A DNA stretch of 63,971 nucleotides, filler included, from Octopus bimaculoides (taxonomy: Eukaryota), in NCBI RefSeq assembly GCF_001194135.2. It is 7 parts of 6 records of this genome, joined end to end, with 100 filler letters (N's around TTAATTAATTAA, not from the genome) between each part and the next. Parts side by side here need not be neighbours in the genome. Positions count along the whole stretch, not along the records: positions 51,348 to 62,717 come from NC_068999.1; positions 62,818 to 63,971 come from NW_026430125.1; 5 more parts are not named here. One strand, given 5' to 3'. The notes beneath the pieces were generated by a model, which saw only the letters and a list, made by a program, of their open reading frames with translations, was not told the origin of the DNA and searched no databases. Shown here piece by piece: positions 52,785 through 63,971 of the stretch (positions are counted from its first letter, which is position 1; each line of letters begins with the position of its first letter). Position numbers and translations under genes: made by a program.

Positions 52785-53293
52785 GTCCCCTTGATAGTTT
52801 TTGGTTGTGGCAGATGCTCAGGAGCAATAAACACTGAAAATGTGCAGAGAACAACTTCCGTCACATTCCAGGGAGAGAAACTAGATGTAGTTGACAGCTT
52901 CCGCTATCTGGGTGACCAAGTTAGTAGCAGGGGAGGATATGCTGAAAGTGTAGCTGCTAGAATAAGAATAGCCTGGGCAAAATTCAGAGAGCTCTTATCT
53001 CTGCTGGTGACAAAGGACCTCTCACTCAGAGTAAAAAGGTAGACTGTATGACACGTGTATGAACAGCCATGCTACATGGCAGTGAAACATAGGCTGTGAC
53101 TGCTGAGGGCATGCGTAAGCTTGCAAGGAATGAAGCTAGTATGCTCCGATGGATGTGTAATGTCAGTGTGCATACTCGACAGAGTGTAAGTAACTTGAGA
53201 GAAAAGTTGGACCTAAGAAGCATCAGATGCGGTGTGCAAAAGAGACGACTGTGCTGGTATGGTCATGTGGTGAGAATGGATGAGGAAAGCTGT
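52785..53293 (+). mobile_element. RTE LINE ORF2 fragment (intronic, antisense to the host gene)
   Basis: EKLDVVDSFRYLGDQVSSRGG..AARIRIAWAKFRELL..AMLHGSET*..RNEASMLRWMCNVS..RRLCWYGHVVRM, with nonsense mutations. Confidence 0.9.
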
Positions 53294-54214
53294 CTTCATC
53301 TTTTGCTTTTTTGTGAATTCTACCTTTATATCATCATCATCATTTAACGTCCGCTTTCCATGCTAGCATGGGTTGGACGATTTGACTGAGGACTGGTGCA
53401 ACCGGATGGCTACACCAGGCTCCAATCTAATTNNNNNNNNNNNNNNNNNNNNNNNNNNNNNNNNNNNNNNNNNNNNNNNNNNNNNNNNNNNNNNNNNNNN
53501 NNNNNNNNNNNNNNNNNNNNNNNNNNNNNNNNNNNNNNNNNNNNNNNNNNNNNNNNNNNNNNNNNNNNNNNNNNNNNNNNNNNNNNNNNNNNNNNNNNNN
53601 NNNNNNNNNNNNNNNNNNNNNNNNNNNNNNNNNNNNNNNNNNNNNNNNNNNNNNNNNNNNNNNNNNNNNNNNNNNNNNNNNNNNNNNNNNNNNNNNNNNN
53701 NNNNNNNNNNNNNNNNNNNNNNNNNNNNNNNNNNNNNNNNNNNNNNNNNNNNNNNNNNNNNNNNNNNNNNNNNNNNNNNNNNNNNNNNNNNNNNNNNNNN
53801 NNNNNNNNNNNNNNNNNNNNNNNNNNNNNNNNNNNNNNNNNNNNNNNNNNNNNNNNNNNNNNNNNNNNNNNNNNNNNNNNNNNNNNNNNNNNNNNNNNNN
53901 NNNNNNNNNNNNNNNNNNNNNNNNNNNNNNNNNNNNNNNNNNNNNNNNNNNNNNNNNNNNNNNNNNNNNNNNNNNNNNNNNNNNNNNNNNNNNNNNNNNN
54001 NNNNNNNNNNNNNNNNNNNNNNNNNNNNNNNNNNNNNNNNNNNNNNNNNNNNNNNNNNNNNNNNNNNNNNNNNNNNNNNNNNNNNNNNNNNNNNNNNNNN
54101 NNNNNNNNNNNNNNNNNNNNNNNNNNNNNNNNNNNNNNNNNNNNNNNNNNNNNNNNNNNNNNNNNNNNNNNNNNNNNNNNNNNNNNNATATATATATATA
54201 TATATATATCTATA

Positions 54215-54249
<35 letters not shown>

Positions 54250-54899
54250 TCATCATCATCATATATATATATATTCTGTCAAGTGATTGGCATTAGGTAG
54301 GGCATCCAGCTGTAGAAACCACGTCAAAGCAAATATTAGAACTTGGCATAGCCCACTTCCTTGTCTTTTCATGTTAAACCATTCAACCCATTGCCGTATA
54401 CTAAATGGAATATTAAATGATGATGATGATGATGACGATGATGATAAATATGGTTGACATTATAAGAATTTAATAACATTTGAGTTCCACTTTTTAATCC
54501 AATATTTACATGCTGTGATTCATAGCTTTATACATCAAAACACACCACCACCCATCATCTCTCGAACAGCCACTCATCATCTCTCTCTCTCTGTCTCACC
54601 TTCTGTATACAGTACTATTCCACTACTTTTCACCCACCTCATCATAACTGGTCCCCCACTACACACACTTTATCATTTCCTCAACCTCTCAACTCTTGAA
54701 TCTCTGCAGTTGTCACCTACTCTTCCCTACCTCCTTTGCTTATCATCCACTCAACACTTGCTTGTTATTCCTTATGTCACCTCCTGAGGAGAATTAGGTG
54801 TCACTGTTAAGGACACAGTGGTGCCTTACTGATGAGTTACAGTTTATTAATTTTGTACCCTTCAATCAATAAGTTTCAATTATTTAATTATTTATCCTT

Positions 54900-55083
54900 T
54901 ATCTGCTACTAGTTTCAGTCATTGGGCTGTGGCCATGCTGGGGCACCACCTTAAAGAATTTTTGGCTAAATAAATCAACCTTTGTACTTATTATCTTTTT
55001 TTTTTTTAGCCTGAACTTATTCTATCAGTCCATTTTGCTGAACTGCTAAATTACAAGAACTAAACACACCAACACCAGTTGTC

Positions 55084-55127
<44 letters not shown>

Positions 55128-55311
55128 TACACACACACACATGCACACACTCAAAAGGTTTCTTTCAGTTTCCATCTACCAAATCCACTCACAAGGCTTC
55201 GGTCAGCCTGGGCTTATAATAGATGTTTGCTCAAGGTGTCATGCCAGTAAGCCTGATCCCAGAACCATGTGGTTGGGAAGCAATCTTCTCATCACACAGC
55301 CATACCTGTGC
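54900..55311 (-). mobile_element. Full-length SINE with internal (CA)n, intronic
   Basis: Reverse complement of the 16480-16925 family; (CA)n at 55085-55150. Confidence 0.75.
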
Positions 55312-55435
55312 ATGAAACTGTTGTCAGGACAGTTCAAGCTTTATCTAAATATTTAAACTGTATCTGCTCCTACATGTTCATTGCTGACATAAATGGTAAG
55401 TTCACCTGTCACCAATTATAAATTGCATGTCTTAC

Positions 55436-55558
55436 CTGTTATATAGATCATCATCTTCTCCTCCCCAACCAAAATAACGATTGGAAAAACCATTTACTTT
55501 CTGAAATTCTTCCTTTTTCATTGCTACAACACCACCAAACAAAGTGTTGTATGGTAAC
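55436..55558 (-). CDS. B4GALT: GT7 beta-1,4-glycosyltransferase, exon C (catalytic GWGGEDDD)
   Basis: Acceptor CATTATAG, donor AG|GTAAGA. 123 nt, phase 2/2. (Q)[40 protein letters not shown](R). This frame is absent from the ORF track. Confidence 0.95.
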
Positions 55559-55994
55559 CTATAATGACGAATACAGCACAATTGAAAAGCATTCCACAAG
55601 TGTTAAGCTTCAACAAAATGAATGTGAGTGTGCATGGAAACAAATGTTTTTTTTTTATATACATGTATAAATATATTAGTGAATCCAAACAAAGAAGAAC
55701 AAAGAAGAAAAAGCAGTAATGCAAGGACGTGGTACAAAATTACTATTTATAAATCTCACAGAGTGAGATATTCAGCAACAGTATAACCCAGAATTTGCAA
55801 TATGCAGATATTGTTTTGAGCTGAGTGGGGGTCTAGATTCCCTTGTTTGAAAATATAAGGACACAGATCATGTCGTATAACCAGCTGGAGACGATGTCTC
55901 CTGGGGCTAAATTACAGCAACATTAATCCTAAACTAGGACTGCCATGTTATGTTGGAAAGCAATCTTTACTGTGACGTAGTACAAGTATTGTAT

Positions 55995-56200
55995 TATCAG
56001 GCACTCAGGAAAGGAAGGAAAGAAGATTTAACATTTTGAGCAAAGATCTTCTTCAGAAATAGAGGAAAGTCCAAAGGAAGGGAAGACAGAGGAAGAAAAT
56101 CACCGATGATACGCATGTGGTTACATTTTGAAATGACCGGAAGGGAATGGGTGAAGAAAAAGTTCTTTCTAAGACAGGAGAGTGTAAGAGAAGGAGATAT
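55995..56200 (-). mobile_element. Penelope-type 3'/pseudo-LTR fragment with a decayed hammerhead-like core
   Basis: Minus strand CTGAAGAAGATCTTTGCTCAAAATGTT, read as a CTGAAGA..GCTCGAAACGTT motif with both CpGs deaminated. Confidence 0.4.
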
Positions 56201-57059
56201 GTGTGTGTATGTGCAATTCACAACATTATGAGGCTTTGAAAAACAGCTGCTCTCGCAAACCAAAATAAAATTTGGTATTTTGCGGAGGGTCAAAGTTGGT
56301 AACAAAAACAGGACAGTGGAGACATACAATAAACCATACGTAAACAAACATAGAGGGCCATTTGGCCAGATGAAGTAAGGTAGTTCACAGTAAAAGAACA
56401 AAAAAAACCTAATTTTCAAACTCTTAGGTTCACAGCGAACTTTCTTCTTGGTGAGTTGATGACAGCAAACTCTCCTGGGATGAATTGATGGCAGTGAACT
56501 TACCTGTAATCAAGCTATCAAACATTAGCCCTATAGCCATAGGTGTGGGAATTAAATTTGCTTAGGGGATATAAGCCCAGGTTCAAACGTTTTTACAAAC
56601 AAGCTTGAAGTTTTCAATCTTAATATCAAAACAAACACAAGTATAATAATCCTTTTGCTTCAGGCAAAAGGCTTGAACTTTTAAGGGGTGGGAGCTTATC
56701 TATTACATTGACCCCACTACTAGACTGCTACATATTTTGTTTCCCCCAAAAGGATGAAAAGAAAAGCTGACTGATGGAAATGGAACCCAGAATGTACTGG
56801 ACAGAATGCTATTAAGCTCTTTGTCCAGCATGCTAATAATTCTGCCAGCTCACCACCTTAAATGCAAGTGTAATAACAATAACTATTATTGTATTTGTAC
56901 ATCAATCAAGCCAGATAAATCCAATGATGGAAAAGTAATGTTTCTACATTTGTTCATTTTGGCATTGAAGTTTTTCCAGAGGATATTCAAAGCATTTTTA
57001 TTGCCACACAAAACTTTTAACGGGTACTCTTGCACCACCTGCACCCTTTGTTCCCAAGT

Positions 57060-57270
57060 CTGTGCCTTTAACATTTAAACCAGCTAAATTTCAGTCTAAA
57101 TATTCTACCTGTTTTATGTTCAAACAAGTCAGTTCTAGCCTCTCACACCTATTGTATGAAGTCATTCTAAATATAAAGAATCACATTGAAGCTACAAGAT
57201 AAGACATGATTGATTGCAAACAATGTGAAGAAATAAGCATTAAATTTGACATGATAATCTGGTTAATCCC
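57060..57270 (+). mobile_element. MITE-like repeat, inverted relative to 58700-58916
   Basis: AATATTCTACCTGTTTTATGTTCAAAC..GAAGCTACAAGATAA matches the reverse complement of 58700-58916. Confidence 0.55.
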
Positions 57271-59809
57271 CTAGTAACTTTTCAAAACCTATCTACGTAT
57301 AATACTGTTACGAACGCCCNNNNNNNNNNNNNNNNNNNNNNNNNNNNNNNNNNNNNNNNNNNNNNNNNNNNNNNNNNNNNNNNNNNNNNNNNNNNNNNNN
57401 NNNNNNNNNNNNNNNNNNNNNNNNNNNNNNNNNNNNNNNNNNNNNNNNNNNNNNNNNNNNNNNNNNNNNNNNNNNNNNNNNNNNNNNNNNNNNNNNNNNN
57501 NNNNNNNNNNNNNNNNNNNNNNNNNNNNNNNNNNNNNNNNNNNNNNNNNNNNNNNNNNNNNNNNNNNNNNNNNNNNNNNNNNNNNNNNNNNNNNNNNNNN
57601 NNNNNNNNNNNNNNNNNNNNNNNNNNNNNNNNNNNNNNNNNNNNNNNNNNNNNNNNNNNNNNNNNNNNNNNNNNNNNNNNNNNNNNNNNNNNNNNNNNNN
57701 NNNNNNNNNNNNNNNNNNNNNNNNNNNNNNNNNNNNNNNNNNNNNNNNNNNNNNNNNNNNNNNNNNNNNNNNNNNNNNNNNNNNNNNNNNNNNNNNNNNN
57801 NNNNNNNNNNNNNNNNNNNNNNNNNNNNNNNNNNNNNNNNNNNNNNNNNNNNNNNNNNNNNNNNNNNNNNNNNNNNNNNNNNNNNNNNNNNNNNNNNNNN
57901 NNNNNNNNNNNNNNNNNNNNNNNNNNNNNNNNNNNNNNNNNNNNNNNNNNNNNNNNNNNNNNNNNNNNNNNNNNNNNNNNNNNNNNNNNNNNNNNNNNNN
58001 NNNNNNNNNNNNNNNNNNNNNNNNNNNNNNNNNNNNNNNNNNNNNNNNNNNNNNNNNNNNNNNNNNNNNNNNNNNNNNNNNNNNNNNNNNNNNNNNNNNN
58101 NNNNNNNNNNNNNNNNNNNNNNNNNNNNNNNNNNNNNNNNNNNNNNNNNNNNNNNNNNNNNNNNNNNNNNNNNNNNNNNNNNNNNNNNNNNNNNNNNNNN
58201 NNNNNNNNNNNNNNNNNNNNNNNNNNNNNNNNNNNNNNNNNNNNNNNNNNCAATTCTTGTTCTCCTATTCATCCCAAATACCATAGCTCATTGTGCTACC
58301 CTACCCCCTGCCAAGATGGGTCGGTCGGTACACTCCTATCCTGCCGTTTTTGAACTTTCGCTGACCGGAAAGGGGCAGCTACGCTAAAACTAGCTGTGGT
58401 TGCCGACAAGACGAAGGAAATACCATTCTCCCCAACTGACCAGAGTACGGGTTCAAAACCCAGCCCGGGAGATAGGGATATAATGCCAACTGTATTTTCG
58501 GTCGTCGCATCAATACATTCCAGATACTGAGAAAAATTAATGGACAAAAACTTTGTTGGCTTCAAACAAACTACATCCCTTTTGAATTATATTCTATCAC
58601 AAACAGGTCATATGGAATTCCTTTTATACTCTTGCAGAGACTATCCAGAAATGTTATATTTTTTTCATTCCAATGTAAAATTTACCAGTCTGAAAGAAAA
58701 TACACTTTAGTATCCACATTTCTCCGTCAAATGTAATTCTTATCAATTCACATTATTTTGAATTGATCATACATTATCTTGTAGCTTCAAGACTTTAATG
58801 ATGTGATTGTTTATTTATTAGCACTTAGGCATGTGAGGTCGGATCTGGCTTGTTTGAGCATAAAACAAATAGAAAATTTGGGCCAGATATGGCTGCTTTC
58901 GTGCTAAAAGGTTGATAAGGGTTTTAAAAAGCCTACCAAAGTTGGAAGCTCAATTTATTTTCATGTTTCTACCAACCACAGATAAGCTCTTCTCATGCCA
59001 GTGACACATAAAAGACAGCTGGTACACTCACACTCTGTGGAGTGGTTGGCATTAGAAAGGGCATCCAGCCGGAGAAACCAGACTGAAGCCTGTTGCAGCT
59101 CACTAGGTTATCAGTCCCAGCCAAACCATCTTACCCAACAAAAACCAATGCTAAATGGTGATGATGATGATGGTGATGAATACATAGAAGTTGTAAAAAC
59201 ATTCAACTTATCTCTATAACCTTCTATTTTTTCTAGCTTTTCTTTTTGCTTTTAGTTTACTCTTTGATATAATAGTTATTATATACCAGCAGATGTTTGG
59301 GATATAAATTAACAGCAAGTTCTGTATCATAGTAACAAGTGAGAGTTTTCAAACAGATTAATTTGTACAAATACTGTCAAACGAAGACATGTTATCAGAA
59401 ATTAGGTGTTCGTCAGCCTTGTTACTAGGAAATGATATTTGATTAAGTTTTACTTTCTTCCATTAATCCTCACAGTTACACTATTTTCTTCACTGCTCCC
59501 TACACTGAACTGATATCCTTTACACTCAACTCATTCCGTATCTCTAATCATTTGTCACTCTACTTTCACTCAGTGCACTTTTCTACACATTCACCTTTTA
59601 CCCCTCTTGTATAATATTCTGTTTCATATTCACATTGTACCTGGACCTCACATCTCTTTCTTCATATTCTCTCTCTCTTTCTCACTTTCCAGGTGAACAA
59701 ATCATGCATTCACCTCTTCAGCAAGACACCTGCTTCTCTCCCTCTATCATAGTCCCTTATTCCTTCAGACTGTATCCTGCTTGGTTGTGGGGTCTTATCT
59801 TGTGGATAC

Positions 59810-60006
59810 TTGATGGCATTACCAGTGCTGGAGCCACACAAAAAGCATCCAGTATGTGCTTCTGAGTTGGCATTAGGAAGGGCATCAGGCTGTAGAAACC
59901 ATGCCAAAACAGACATAGAATCTGGCAGGGTCCTCTGGTTCATCTGTTCTTGGCAAACCGTCCAACCCATGCCAGCATGGAAAAAAGAATGTTAAGTGAT
60001 GATGAT
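59810..60006 (+). mobile_element. RTE 3' UTR / RTE-tailed SINE ending 12 nt from an exon donor
   Basis: GGCATTAGGAAGGGCATC..GCTGTAGAAACC..CAACCCATGCCAGCATGG..GTTAA(GAT)n. Confidence 0.75.
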
Positions 60007-60018
60007 AGGGGTACTTAC

Positions 60019-60206
60019 TGATAATTCATTTTGTCCACAGCAACAGACATATGTCTTGGAGTTTCTTCACAATCATAGATGTTTTTATCATTTTCAGGAA
60101 TTAAGTCAATATCATGGAAAATAAAACAGCTATAATTATAGTGTTTGAGCGATTCTGCAAAACCGACATTCATGAGCATCCCTCGATTGAAGGCAAATGA
60201 ATCACA
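60019..60206 (-). CDS. B4GALT: GT7 beta-1,4-glycosyltransferase, exon B (FNRG and DXD motifs)
   Basis: Acceptor TTTATTTCAG, donor CA|GTAAGT. 188 nt, phase 0/2. CDSFAFNRGMLMNVGFAESLKHYNYSCFIFHDIDLIPENDKNIYDCEETPRHMSVAVDKMNY(Q). Confidence 0.95.
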
Positions 60207-60339
60207 CTGAAATAAATTTGAAATGGAAAAAAAATACATGTAATATAGATTATTAAAAAATAAATAGCATACAGTTCATATTTATTTGGAAATTTTTTAT
60301 CAAGAATAATTGATTCAGTGTTAAAGGAAATGTTAGCAT

Positions 60340-60780
60340 GTTAGCATCCAGCTGTAAAAATCATGCCAAAACTAACCTTGCCTGTACTAGTGCCACATAA
60401 AAAGCACTGGTGTTAGGAAGGGCATCCAGCCATAAAACCCCTTCCAAAACAGACACAGGAGCCTGTGGTAGTCTTCTACCTGGCTGGCTCCTGTCAAGCG
60501 TCCAATCCATGCATGCAAGGAAGACGAATGTTAAACAATGATGATGATGATAAATATATATATATCATTAACAATTAATGTCCATTTTCTGCACTAGTAT
60601 GTGTTGAACAGTTCAATTGTACTCCAGTGTCTGCTTTGGCATGGTTTCTATGACTGGATGCCCTCCTAAATGCCAACCACTTTACAGTGGTGCACTGGGT
60701 GCTTTTTTTTCCATAACACCAGCATAAGTAGGGTTGCCATTCAGTTTGCATAACTACAAACCCAAGATAAGACCAGTAAT
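60340..60780. mobile_element. Tail-to-tail inverted pair of RTE-tail copies (plus 60340-60550, minus 60565-60780)
   Basis: Plus copy: TTAGGAAGGGCATCCAGC..GTTAAAC(GAT)n. Minus copy: TTAATGTCCATTTT..GGATGCCCTCCTAAATGCCAACCAC. Confidence 0.7.
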
Positions 60781-61633
60781 TTATGCGAGGGGATATGATG
60801 CTTAAAGTATGAAAGAAAGGAGTTGGGAGACAGCAGGTTTTTGCAGAGCAGCTACATAATTACTCAGATTTAGAAGAGAGGGTCAGAATGATTTTTGAGA
60901 GCTACAAGTCCAGGTGGCTCCTCAAAGAAGAAGATGAATATATGTGAGTGGGGAATGGAGGAACATGTAGTGTTGATGGCAGTTTGCAACTGTAAAGATT
61001 GGGGATGGATGCAGGGAGTGATGGCTGACCAATGATGCATGAGTTGAGGGATGTAGAAAAGAGCAGGGGAGAATGGATTGTAATCATGATAGTAATGATA
61101 ATACAGTTTACAAACGGAGGAGGACACGAGAGAAGTGATACGACATTGAGCAGGCTGCAGGAGTCGGCTGAAGAAGGGATAGAGAGGCAGGCATAGAGGA
61201 TGAAGGGAGATAATTTAGTGGTCCAGTTGGGGTGGGGGGATCAGTGTAAAGTGTGAGTGAAGAGAATGACATTTAATGGATGAAGAATGACTGACAAGTG
61301 AAATGGTTTCCAATAGCAAGAAAAAGTGGGATGCTTGCAAGGATAGGAAGCTGCGGGGAGAGTGATGAGATGTGATGGGATAGATATTCAGAGGCATTGG
61401 GTGAGGTTCCCATTTGTGCATATACATTGACACAGCGTTTCCGCAAGTCATTAAATAGTAATATAGTATTCTAAATGGGATATGACAAAATGTTAGATAT
61501 TAAAAAATTTGTTCTATCCTTAACAAAATAGGATTATGTTTTAGTTCTTTTCAAACTCCCCCTTTGAATGAGGCAAAATATAATTTTCTTTTATAAATTC
61601 TAGATAACAGAATTAAAAATGAATTTAACATAC

Positions 61634-61863
61634 CTGTTCAATGATATAGATTCCATATTCTATTGCCTGTCGCTGTAAAATGGAATGTATGTTATTAAGG
61701 AAGATTTTCAAATGAAATTGCCTATCACGGTATGGAATAATAATGGCAACAGATTCATTCATTGAACAGTTGGGTTTATAGTGACCACCAGGTAACACAT
61801 TACTGTGCATCTTGTTCAGTTGGTCCCAGGAAAGGATCTCTTTTTTTATGGGATGCAAACCAA
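61634..61863 (-). CDS. B4GALT: GT7 beta-1,4-glycosyltransferase, exon A (GG..P.C..VAIIIPYRDR)
   Basis: Acceptor TTTATCTTTGCAG, donor CAG|GTATGT. 230 nt, phase 1/0. GLHPIKKEILSWDQLNKMHSNVLPGGHYKPNCSMNESVAIIIPYRDRQFHLKIFLNNIHSILQRQAIEYGIYIIEQ. Confidence 0.95.
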
Positions 61864-62284
61864 CTGCAAAGATAAATAAAATAAATAAATAAAAATGGAG
61901 GAACATCAGTTGATGAATGGCCTTCAGGGACAAATTACATTCATCAATTCATTTCTGAAGGCTGTTTCTCGCCTGAAATGTTTGTAAACCAAAGTTATTT
62001 TCCCCATAGGAAATACAAAAGAATTTGAGCAGGAATGTGCACTGAGCAAAAGCTGGACTGAAACTGGTGCTCTTCTACTGATACTCTCAGCTAGTCACCA
62101 AGCATTGTTGCCAGCTTGATTGTTTGCTACCAGAGACACTATTCATTACCCAAGATGTTTTATGTTCAAAAACTGATTTGTTTGTGATGAGAGGCATTTG
62201 TAAAGCAAGGTTCCAATGTACTGCAAGATTAGAACAAGACAAATTACTAAAATATATTACAAACAGGGCACTGGTATTTATAGG

Positions 62285-62448
62285 TGGAGTCATGGCTGCA
62301 TGATAAGAAGTATGCTTCCCAACCACATACATGGTTCTGGGCTCAAACCCATTGCATGACACCTCAGTCAAGTGTCTTCTACTTGGGCTGACCAAAGCCT
62401 TGTGAGTGGATTTACTAGATGGAAACTGAAAGAAGCCCGTCATATATA

Positions 62449-62480
<32 letters not shown>
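62285..62480 (+). mobile_element. SINE 5' half followed by (TA)n
   Basis: Head and GTGGATTT..AGATGGAAACTGAAAGAAGCCCGTC match the 16480 family. Confidence 0.7.
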
Positions 62481-62482
<2 letters not shown>

Positions 62483-63446
62483 TTAATCTTTACGACAACT
62501 TGGAGGAGGATTTCAACCAGGTAGGGCGCTTCCTTTCGATGGAGATGTCACTAGTGAGTGACTGTACACTAAATACTAATTGTATTTCGTGTTTGTTTGG
62601 TGAAATGTGTCTGTAAATGAGGTTAATTAATGAAAAATAGAGGACCTATGATGGCGCACTGCCGGCCTCATACGCCATCTTGACTCTCTAATCACACACT
62701 TGCTTCGCGTATTTATTNNNNNNNNNNNNNNNNNNNNNNNNNNNNNNNNNNNNNNNNNNNNTTAATTAATTAANNNNNNNNNNNNNNNNNNNNNNNNNNN
62801 NNNNNNNNNNNNNNNNNATATACATATATCACTATCTGTATATGTATGCGTATGCAATTATAGGTATACGTATATATGTATAAAAAGCTTATACAAAATG
62901 CGCATGCACACACACCGATACACACACGTATAAGAAAGTTGATGTGGTTTGCTTTTTTTCTACTTATTGTACCAGTTAATAATCCAGGGCAATCCTTTAC
63001 TTTCTGGGCAATGAGAATAACAAAACTTTGATATTAAAAAGCTAAGTCTAATTGCATGAAATATATCTGAGATATATTTAATCATAGTATAACAATCACA
63101 CAGCCGCCAAATGGACGTTATGTCACTCATCTGTCCGTCCCAGAAAATTATTAATTTCTGAGTAAATTAAATATGAATGAATTAATATTCTCATATGGGA
63201 CAGACTGTGTAGAGATCTTCTGAAAAGCTGTCGATCTGCCATGAAACATATAAGAAAAGCCTTAGTTATGTGAATGCAATACAATAATGAGATATATTCA
63301 CATAGTTTTTCATTCTACAACGCACGCTTTAATAATTCCAGATTGACAATATTAAATTTATCTTTTCTAATATAAGCTGTTTGCTCATAAAATATATTTA
63401 TTGAATATATGTATATTCTTATGTTTGAACCCCAACAGAAAAATAC

Positions 63447-63504
<58 letters not shown>

Positions 63505-63971
63505 ACACAGATAGGCACTCTCACACACATCAGGATAATGAACGTGTGTCGTAAAGATCAAAGACGAGTTTGTTAGAATCAAAGCGGTAGCCAGTAATAA
63601 TGCATAGATGAAGATGATGGACAATTATCATACTTGAGAGAAGGAAAAAATAACGAATTCGAAATAGACAGGAATATGGAAATGTGTGGCGAAAGAAAGA
63701 ACAAACGGATCAGTACTGAGACAAGAGAAACCTAAAGTTACTCTTTCAATGTTAAATTATTATTTCTTCTTTTGTCATATTGTTTAAATATCTTAGGCAA
63801 AAGCATTGTGTCAAAAAGAAAAAAGTGATTATTGAAAACGGAATAGGAGAACCATATGCTCCCAGATGTGCTGAGGGAATTGTGTGTGAGAACATACCTA
63901 CATTTGTTCTGTGTGGGAGGTATTTCGGAATTAGCAGTGTAGTACTTGGCATATCCGTGACTTATATATAT

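Noticed and set aside
1080-58284. Many long ORFs in the track made of X runs or YI/CV/HT/SL/ER dipeptides
   Set aside because: They are read-through of N-gaps and dinucleotide microsatellites, not coding sequence.
57307-58512. Solo LTR starting TGTTACG with a possible ATAC TSD
   Set aside because: Most of the interval is N, there is no matching TAACA end, and a 4-bp match is expected by chance.
63385-63624. Hydrophobic ORF (SIIFIYALLLATALIL) as the enzyme's signal anchor
   Set aside because: TTG start directly after in-frame stops, no ATG or usable acceptor in that frame, and it runs into (TG)n.

Overview
Repeat-dominated, AT-rich eukaryotic genomic DNA. The (TA)n/(CA)n/(GA)n microsatellite load and the SINE/RTE families look like a coleoid cephalopod (Octopus-like); this is inference from repeat content. 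Six 100-nt spacers (44 N + TTAATTAATTAA + 44 N) show that the window joins seven assembly pieces, so continuity across them is not guaranteed. The one well-supported host gene is a minus-strand GT7-family beta-1,4-glycosyltransferase. Four exons were reconstructed by hand with consistent GT-AG sites and phases (61634-61863, 60019-60206, 55436-55558, 52513-52608); the ORF track overlaps only two of them. It has Leu at the position equivalent to bovine B4GalT1 Tyr289, which predicts a beta-1,4-GalNAc-transferase (LacdiNAc synthase, bre-4-like) rather than a galactosyltransferase. Its N-terminal and last exons were not found. The rest is decayed transposons (Dong/R4, L1-Tx1, RTE, Penelope-like, mariner, Tc1, pogo, MITEs, tRNA-derived SINEs) and simple repeats. 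Nearly all long ORFs in the track are microsatellite or N-gap artefacts. I found no convincing novel multi-gene system. The best leads are the enzyme specificity prediction, inverted repeats bracketing one of its exons, two orphan exon candidates and hammerhead-like motifs in Penelope termini.
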